From the human T2T-CHM13v2.0 reference genome, Homo sapiens, in NCBI RefSeq assembly GCF_009914755.1, contig NC_060942.1: a DNA stretch of 64,000 nucleotides; one strand, given 5' to 3'. The notes below the pieces were generated by a model. That model had not been told where the DNA came from. It ran no database searches and saw only the letters and a list, made by a program, of their open reading frames with translations. Position 1 is the first letter of the stretch, and each line of letters begins with the position of its first letter. The position numbers and the translations under genes are program-made. This document shows positions 55,681 to 64,000 of the stretch, in pieces.

Positions 55681-57373
55681 GAAGAGAGAGACAAAAAGAT
55701 AATTTCATTTATTTTTAGTAATCTATTCTGGTCACAGCAATGCCCACTGGCAGAAATACTTTGATTTTAGAGGACAAAGAATATATTACCAGCCAAATCC
55801 ATCTGGGATAAAAGGGTTGCTCTATGTATAATAAAACATTAATTCACCAGAAATATATATTATTCATATTATAGTCATACATTATTAGTGTTCTATGCTA
55901 AATAAAAGAAGATGGACAGGAAAATGACACATAGAAAAAAAGCTACATGTTCATTTCATTTTTGGAATAATGTAAATAATTGGAAATCTGTTTAAGAGCA
56001 AATCTTATTTGGATTGATACTAATTCAAGTCATGGAGCTCATTGTTATCTAAGCACTCCATGCCACTCAGCAATTTTATTTATTCCCTTTTAGCTCCCGC
56101 TCTCATTCATACTACCACTACTCACCAAAAGTGTACTGGTAGAGCCTCTAATTCCTTAACTGCCTTACTAATTTATTGTAAAACAAAAGTGAGATTTTCA
56201 CCACAAACACCCTCAAGTTACTATCACTGGTCTTTCAGAAAATTACTCACAGTTGGACCCATCCTTCTTCCTATATGATCATGTGATATTCTTCCTATTC
56301 TACATCAATTCCTCTACTTGAATTTTTTATTTTTATAAATCATTTTATTTTTATTGAAAAATAATATACATATGTCTATATAATTTTTAACACTAAGCTA
56401 CAAAAATAATATCAAGGAAAAACAAATCTTCTTACACTAAATCTTCGGTGCCCCATCCCTAAGAAGTTCTTTGAAAGCTTCAAGAAATTTAAAAACTTTT
56501 CATACAAATGAGGACATACTGTTTACCCTTTATGTTCCTTTTTGATCCAATATGATCAGTTCTTTTTCCTTTCATTTTATTATTTTTTCTTCACAGCCTC
56601 CTTTACTTGACCCTTAAATTTTCTACAGGTCTTCTGTCATTGCCTTTCCTTCCAAACTATGAACTCTCACTGCACTATATATAGTATCTTGGTTTTAACT
56701 CTACTATCTATTGCTTGACATTTACAAACTTCTATCTTTAAGCAAATTAAAGCCTGCTTAAAAGTAGCAAATCCAGGTTATATGCATATTTACAATATAC
56801 CTAAAGTCTTCAAACTTTTCCTGTTCAAAACTGAACTTACGGTTGGGAAATGACAACTTTTAAAAGTCACAGGCTGTTAAGCCTGGGCTGGTGATTTTTG
56901 GCAATACAGTCTTCTCAATAAATTAGCAGAGTTCCATTTTATTTGTGCCTGGTCATTTTTAAGTATCCAGAAACATGGATATAGCCTAGTCACATTCAAT
57001 AAACCTAAAAAATCTTGTCCTTTGCTTGCAAACCATTATTTCAATCTATCATCTTCTTTTGCTTAGTGTTCATTAACTAAATGTTCTTTGAAAGTCTAGG
57101 ATTTAGTAGGAAGATTATACCATAATCCTAATTTATGCTGCATAAGAACTCCAATCTAATATCCTGCTAAGGCCAGGACTTTGCTGCCTCTGCTAGTATC
57201 AATTTCAGCCTGGGATAGGAATGTTGGTTTTTTTCAGCACTTAAGGTTTCAATTTACAATTTCAGGAAACAAAAAAGCTGCATGTTCTGCCCTTCTTGCT
57301 TTCAGACAGGCTACCTCTAGTCTATCTACTTCTTGTAGGGCACTGATACATTTCATTAAAATGTAAGTATTAC

Positions 57374-57449
57374 CTGCCAACATTTTAGATTTTTCCATAA
57401 TTAAACTTATGAGGCATAATAATGTTCACCTAACACCAACTTCACTTGC
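57374..57449 (-). pseudogene. Relic exon 5 (76 nt, phase 2-0)
   Basis: Acceptor ttttttcctgttctttatcatttttaaag|, donor CAG|gtaata. Reads (R)QVKLVLGEHYYAS*V*LWKNLKCWQ. Confidence 0.65.
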
Positions 57450-57871
57450 CTTTAAAAATGATAAAGAACAGGAAAAAATAGAGCATTCACAGCAAGAGCG
57501 GAGAAGTCTCAGGACTCCCACACATACGTTCCAGTTTCTCAGTCATTACTCCTTCCAGATATGCATGGTCATGAGAGATAAGGATGAATGTGGGTGGAAA
57601 AATATAAGCTAAGAGAAGCAATCAGCTCTAGGGTACTTTTATCCTGGCCAGTCATGCAGTCCCTCAGGTTTAGGCGACTAGTCACACCACTCCCCAAAAT
57701 GTTCTTGATCATTGGGTCACATAGCCTTCTCAGCTGTACTGCCTAGTCATAGTTCTCTGGGACAGCTTTATGTCATCAATACCACTGAGTTATATTTTAT
57801 TAATAGCAATGAGAATGTAAAAGAAAAAAGGCTCGTTCCAATATATAAAACTTGACTGAATTCTCACATAC

Positions 57872-58137
57872 CTTGGATCAACTCTGTGTAATCTATCAAC
57901 AATTCCTTGAGTTAATGTCACAAGAAAATTTCCCAAGAGTCAAATCAGAAATGAGACTTGAGGAAAGGCTTTAGAAACTGCCATTAACTTTTCCTTGCTA
58001 CCATTTTGAGCTTTGAATTCCTGTGGCTGCTCAGCGCACTTTTCTATCTCCTTCAATCGGTCAAACACATATTTTAGGGTCTATTATTTGTAGCATCCTA
58101 TTTCCAAGTAATGACTCATATTAGGTAAATATTGTTT
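57872..58137 (-). pseudogene. Relic exon 4 (266 nt)
   Basis: Acceptor ttttcttgtttgtggttag|, donor AAG|gtatgt. Reads KYVFDRLKEIEKCAEQPQEFKAQNGSKEKLMAVSKAFPQVSFLI*LLGNFLVTLTQGIVDRLHRVDP. Confidence 0.72.
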
Positions 58138-58854
58138 CTAACCACAAACAAGAAAATGGCCAAATAACAGATGCCAATAAAAATAGTGAATACTTTACTT
58201 ACTTAACAAGAAGTCCAGAGATAAAGGTTTACTGCAATTGCTTCAGCTGCTCAATGATACCACTAACAACCCAGCTGTATTATTTTTCTACCTGACCATG
58301 CATAGCATTTGCTTTATTTCAGACCTCATGATACCACATCCATATTCAAGGCAGAAAAAACAATAAGGGGCATTTTTTCATAAAATCAAAGCATATTTCT
58401 TTTTCTACTTCGTTGATCAAAACAGTGGCTAAGAAAAGCATTATTAGCTTTAAGAGTCTATATTTTGAAGACAATAAGAGTAAAGGGTCTCTGTAAAGGT
58501 AGTGGATTAACCAGTGGATGATTTTTGCCACAGCGAGTTCTCTAAAATTAATATAATGATTAAAGAACCTACCCAAAATGTAGGACAAACTTTTGCCTCA
58601 ACATTCAATCCAGCTACTCATAATTATAAGCCTCCTTCAAGAGTCTGATAAGTAAAAAATAGTGTATGTGTATAGCGTACTTCTGAAATTACATAAACCA
58701 AAACATCATCTATTAGTAGTATTATTAATTCTTTATTCTGTTTGCTTTTACTGTACTTTTTGGATTTTCTACCATGAATAAATAATACCATTGAAACATA
58801 TCTCTTAAAGGAATTGTATAAAATTTTATACATTTGTGGAAATGTCAAAGTCAT

Positions 58855-59030
58855 TATATAGAGATAGATATATAGATATAGATATATTTTTTAAAAGACT
58901 CTTTGTAAATCTATATACAGCACATACATGTATATGTATATATACAGATCATATATGTATGTACACATATATATGGGGAAATATTTTACAATTAAATATA
59001 CATAAATACATATGTATAAATATATCTGTT
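58855..59030. repeat. (TA)-rich low-complexity tract
   Basis: Seen directly. Confidence 0.75.
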
Positions 59031-60332
59031 TCCCTCAATTTTCTCAACATAATCACAACCCTTGATATGATTTTTTTTTAATTTTAGAATTCCTATCTTG
59101 CATTGAAACCAAAATCAATTCTCATTCTCCAAATTTTATTTTTATAGTTACCAGTAATTATGACCTCATAGTTATTTTTATACTCACATTAAGAATCTAT
59201 TACCTTTGTTTTCCAATCTGGTTTAATATTCACTACTATTTCCTTTTGTTTTCCCTATTCCATTGAATTTATCACATGAGCTGCTCTTATTAAGTAGCTA
59301 ATGGCATTTGCAACTGGCTCACAAGTATGTTTTTCTTTCAGTTTGGAATAGAAAAATGACACTGTCACTTCCTTAAGTGAGCTAAGATTTGATATGGAAA
59401 ATAGAGACATATACCAGAAATTAGAATGGAGAGGAATAACGTATGATAAATGGGAGAGGTATGTACACCTAACTATAAAACTGGGTAGGTAGTGTTTTTA
59501 GGAGAGGGTCTATTACAATAAGTGGAACTTTCAATATGGTTTTATGTTAAATGGCTCTAATGTATAATATTTTAAAATTCCATTTTAGAGTGAGAGATGC
59601 TTCTTGTATAGCCCCTCTAGCTTCTGTCAACATAGGTACTGAACCTAGGTATTTAATTTAGTATAAACTAATTGGTCATAAATTAGTCATAAATTTATGA
59701 CCAATATAAGTCCATAAAAAAACTTTTGAACTTTATGCTTTTGTAGTTTTGATTATGTCCAAACATGAAAATATTTCAGTCTTAGACAGATTCCTAGTTT
59801 TAGGAATGATTATCAGGTTTGTACACTGCCAGTAAGTTAATTGTGCTCTTTAATTTTACTTTGAAAGTTGATTTCTTTTATTTGGTTCCAATTACAATAT
59901 CCATTTATTCAGATAGTATTTAATGAGAATATAAGAAAGAACTGGAAGTCATCTTCTCCACATCACCAGAAAAATATGTTGTTTATATAGCCAAATCACA
60001 AAGGCACTATATGAATTACCAAGAAAAATTCCTATATTTAATATAGGAGATATTTTGCAGATTACTTGTCTAATATTTAAAATTTTCTATTTATATATTA
60101 AATAAGAAATGTAGAATCTAAAATGTGTTCTTAGATGGTAGCTATAGAACAATTTAATTGTTGAAAGATTTCACTGGGGAAAATAAATGATTGGGAACCT
60201 CAGTAAGGCATTTTTACTTTGGGTTGTTGTTTTCTTTGCTTAAATTCTACAGATGATTGCAAAGGTATTGCAAATGGGCTTAGATTTGCACCAAAAGAAA
60301 CTATTTTTTTACAAGTGAAAGGAAGAAAATAC

Positions 60333-60544
60333 CCTTCACTGGCTTAAAATGTCAGAGAACTCTGGCTTTTAACCTCTGGATGATGGCTTAACTAAGTCAC
60401 ATGGAGAAAGAACCACAGGAAAAGCTTATCAGAAGCTATAAATCGTGTCAAGATGAATCTTTGAATGTGGCTGGCACATTTATCCATCTGTTTAAATTAC
60501 TTGAAAATGCTTTTATAGGTGAGCGTAATCTTGATGAATTAGAT
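60333..60544 (-). pseudogene. Relic exon 3 (212 nt)
   Basis: Acceptor gtattttttaaaag|, donor AGG|gtattt. Reads HSKIHLDTIYSF**AFPVVLSPCDLV, then after one inferred frameshift AIIQRLKARVL*HFKPVK. Confidence 0.5.
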
Positions 60545-60745
60545 CTTTTAAAAAATACGTTGTCAAGTTTCTTTCTCTTAATCAGTAATTTTCTTATTAA
60601 CACAAGTGTAAAATATTTAAAGAGAAATGTATTATGAAATAAGGCTATATAATTCAAATAAAGTACCTAAAACTCTTTAGTTAAAAACAAACTTTGTGAA
60701 ATATGCTTATTAACTCTTGAAGCATTTTTACTTTCTTTTTCAAAT

Positions 60746-60926
60746 GGGGTTGCCAGAGTTAGGGGGAAAAATCAGGATGCTGAATAAAATTTAAATATTA
60801 GATAAAAATACATAGAATTTTAATATAAGTATGTCCCATCAAATATTTTGGAAATCATTAAATTATCACTCATTTACATGAAATTCAAATTTATATAGGT
60901 ATCATTGATATTACCTAGCAACCCTA
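60746..60926. mobile_element. MER53 palindromic hAT MITE
   Basis: ggggttgccag ... ctagcaacccta terminal repeats; central taagtatgtcccat. Confidence 0.8.
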
Positions 60927-61150
60927 TTTTCAGCGTGTGAGCAGAAAACATAAATCTCTTTTATTTTAGTAATATATGTATACTTAGAATCATAAAGATT
61001 ATATTCTGATATACATTGTCTTTATTTATATTTTTACTCCTCAATTTCATTTGTCTTTATCATCAAGACTAACTAAAATTTACATGACCACAAAAAGTAA
61101 GGGATTACACATTTAAAAATTCCATTTCAACACAGTGAGATATATTCTAC

Positions 61151-61679
61151 GGGTAATTAAACATGAATATATTGTTCACATTAATGATGGCGATGAAGTC
61201 AACAAAAGTATCATTCATTAGAATACAAACTTGTGTACTCATTCAAACACTTTTTTTTTTCTAAATAATATGCAACAACTCTAACATCAAGGCTTTTGCT
61301 GGATAACAGTGTCAACAGCTTATCAAATAAAGCATCGCCTGAAGGAAATTTTATAATACTCATCTCAAAAATCCTCACATTGGAATAAAGTCAGCTCAAT
61401 GATGGCCTTAGGGATTCTGTCCCACTCAGGATGTTTTCTATTTAAAGGAGCTGGGAAGTATAGGTTCATTCTGTAGCTCATTCTGGGCCACTCTAAGGTT
61501 GGTTTAGCTCATCTGTTTTGTTTAGTAGCCTGTTGGTGAATAGGAATCAATAGCCTAGAGCAATCTTAAATCAGACCCACTGTGCTAGACCAGTCAATTC
61601 TGTGCCATTGCTAAATCTTCGATCTAGTCCAATTCATATCATCATACTCCAGTCTCCTAGCTCCTGGAGATTTTCTTCT
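61151..61679 (-). pseudogene. Relic exon 2 (low end uncertain)
   Basis: Acceptor cattttctgtccatgcag|. Internal frame MNLYFPAPLNRKHPEWDRIPKAIIELTLFQCEDF*DEYYKISFRRCFI**AVDTVIQQKP. Confidence 0.55.
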
Positions 61680-61985
61680 CTGCATGGACAGAAAATGTAA
61701 TGTTCTTACAGCAAAATTCACATAAAATAATGTTACAAAATATCAACAATCCTCATGTGCTTTGTAGAATAATATTAGAACAAATTAAGATTAACCAAAG
61801 AACTAATAGTTCTTTATGGCCCTACGTATAACATACAAATAATCCAGATTAGCTTGCCCATCTGCTTCATATTATAGACACTCAAAAGGAGTAAATATTA
61901 ATAATGAATGACAACAGCTTGTAGCACATATAATTTGCTTCATACACAGCATAACTTTTCAACTAATTGCGCACAAATTATTTAC

Positions 61986-62506
61986 CAGAGGGACACATTA
62001 TGTTCATTATGGTAACTTTTCCAAAGCATACATGCTGGAGGTCCATTCCTTGATTTTCTGATTTGGTAGATATAGAGTTAACAGGATGCATCCAGTTAAA
62101 AATTTCTGAAGGGAGCTGATGCCCTTGTTTGGTTGAAACCATTTTTTTCCCTAGCCATGTCTAGGTGAGAAAAGAAATTCTAAATTGTTTCATGTAAGCA
62201 GGTAGGATAACCAGTGCAACATTATTGATTTATTTATTTTGTGGCTCTAAGGAAATCCATGGCAGATGATGTGGGAGCATAGTTTTATAATTTTTCTCAT
62301 ACTGTTTTTTGACTTTCGCATTGAATGATGAGCTATCATGAGAAGTGCTGAATGTGAATTCTGTAAATTAAAACAAAGTTACCCTAGACTCTTCATCTCG
62401 GGTAACTGAGATTCCAAAAACAAGAGTATCTGGCAATTTTTATGCTGTACATTGAAACTTTGGAGATTCAGTTTTTGCAATCAAGCCCACTTGAGAAGTA
62501 GGAAAT
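61986..62506 (-). pseudogene. Relic exon 1 of this window (521 nt, phase 2-1)
   Basis: Acceptor ctcttccttttatctataag|, donor CTG|gtaaat; 173 codons in one frame with only 4 stops and no frameshift. Confidence 0.75.
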
Positions 62507-62529
62507 CTTATAGATAAAAGGAAGAGACA

Positions 62530-62660
62530 GGGCTTTAGAGTTAGAAAGAATTGTGTTTGAATCCCCACAGCTCCAGTTTACTAGTCCACATTTAGGGCTT
62601 TGGGCAATGCTTAGTTTCTTAATCTGTAAAGGGGAATAAGTCACTATAAAGATGAAATAA
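62530..62660 (+). mobile_element. MIR fragment
   Basis: gggctttagagttagaaaga...tttgaatcccc...ttagtttcttaatctgtaaa. Confidence 0.6.
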
Positions 62661-62689
62661 AATAAAACCCAATTTTTTTCTCATTAAAG

Positions 62690-63540
62690 TTTAATAAAAT
62701 TTATCAATCACTAGTAAGTCTGATCAACAACAAAAAAGAAAAAATACAAAGAACCAGTATGAAAACTGAAAAGGTTATATCGTTAGAGATCCTATGGACA
62801 TTAATAGGATAGTAAAATTTATAAGCAACTTTCCGCTAATAAATTTGACCACATGGGTGAAATGAACAAATTACTGGGGGGAGTGGAGGAACTTACTAAA
62901 ACTGACAGAAAATGTAACAGAAAATCTGAATACTGTTATACTTACTTTAAAAGTTGACTTTGTAACAAAAAGTATTCCCCCCTATAAATTCCAGACCTAG
63001 CTGATTTCACTGGCGAATCCACCAAATGTTAGAAGAGAAATAATACCAGTTCTGCACAAATACCTTTAAAAAATAGGAAAAACAGGAATATTTATTCACT
63101 CATTTTATCACAGCACTAACATGATATCAAAAGCAGCAAATAAAAATAAAGTGGTATACGAATAAATCTTCTAAAGATATAAAAACTTTAACCTAATGTA
63201 AATGACGAGTTAATAGGTGCAGCACACCAACATGGCACATGTATACATATGTAACAAACTTGCACGTTGTGCACATGTACCCTAAAACTTAAAGTATAAT
63301 TAAAAAAAAACTTTAACAAATATCAGCAAGTTTAATAGAGCAACAAATAATTCTATAATAAATCATAATCAGGTAGGATTTACCTCAGGAGTGCAAAGTT
63401 CATTCAATGTTAGAAAACCAAGAATGTTGCTCATTTATTCAACAGAAAAAAAAAAGCCATCTTTCACCATTTTAAAAGATATTGACAAATCCTTTGATAA
63501 AATTAAATACCTGTTAACAACATCAACAACAACAACAAAA
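62690..63540 (+). mobile_element. Old L1M ORF2 fragment
   Basis: gcaactttccgctaataaatttgac...gatttcactggcgaatccaccaa...tttgataaaattaaatacc. Confidence 0.7.
63191..63310 (+). mobile_element. About 115-bp L1PA3/4-like 3' stub
   Basis: acctaatgtaaatgacgag...cacatgtaccctaaaacttaaagtataa; TSD aaaactttaac on both sides. Confidence 0.9.
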
Positions 63541-63624
63541 AAACTTTGGGGCAGGTGCAGTGTCTCACCCCTGTAATAGATTGATAAATAGATAAAGAAA
63601 ATATCAAAATATCAAAATAAATTG

Positions 63625-63995
63625 ATAGATAAATGGATAAAGAAAATATGGCATATGCATGCAATGGAATATGGTTCTACCTAAAAAAAGAAAATCATGT
63701 CACACGCCGCAATAAGCATAAAACTGTAGGACATTATGTGAGGTGAAATGTATGATTTCATTTATGTGAGCTATCTTAAGTAGTCAAACTCATAGGAACA
63801 GAAAGTAGAATGGTATTTGTCAAGAGCCAGGGAAAGGGTGAAAGGGGCAGTTGTTGCTTAAGGGCTACTGAGATTTAGTTTTGCAAGATGTAAAAGTTCT
63901 AGACATCTGCCTCATAACAATGAATATACTTAATACTACTAAACTGTACATGTAAAAAGGTATAAGATGGCAAAATTTGTGTTTTTATTGCAATT
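63625..63995 (+). mobile_element. L1MB-type 3' end
   Basis: gataaatggataaagaaaatatgg...acagaaagtagaatggt...ttagttttgcaagatg...actactaaactgtac. Confidence 0.8.
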
Positions 63996-64000
63996 AATAT

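Noticed and set aside
60253-60518. + strand exon (ctacag|...ATAG|gtgagc) with ORF MEKEPQEKL...
   Set aside because: No compatible + strand exon chain found, and it overlaps minus-strand relic exon 3. It could still be an antisense lncRNA exon.

Overview
This is AT-rich primate, most likely human, genomic DNA: Alu, L1PA, THE1/MST, LTR18, MER and MIR/L2 repeats are all present. No intact protein-coding gene, RNA gene or CRISPR array is visible; the supplied ORFs are L1/Alu-derived, GC-rich CpG-island frames or chance. The main unexplained signal is on the minus strand. The unique, non-repeat islands between about 62.5 kb and 17.5 kb are mostly bounded by canonical AG/GT splice sites, largely chain in compatible codon phase, and translate to protein-like sequence broken by stops and a few frameshifts. 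I read this as about 16 exons of a large, decayed, intron-containing gene (candidate unitary pseudogene) whose protein I cannot identify. A CpG island (about 28.0-28.8 kb) with an RFX X-box-like site, a G-quadruplex-prone minisatellite and a minus-strand splice donor sits inside one relic intron. It could drive a lncRNA that reuses the relic exons. Most L1s and LTRs are on the + strand, as expected inside a minus-strand transcription unit. Several atypical retrotransposition or rearrangement scars are also present. Repeat subfamily names come from recalled consensus sequences, and translations were done by hand; both need RepeatMasker/BLAST confirmation.
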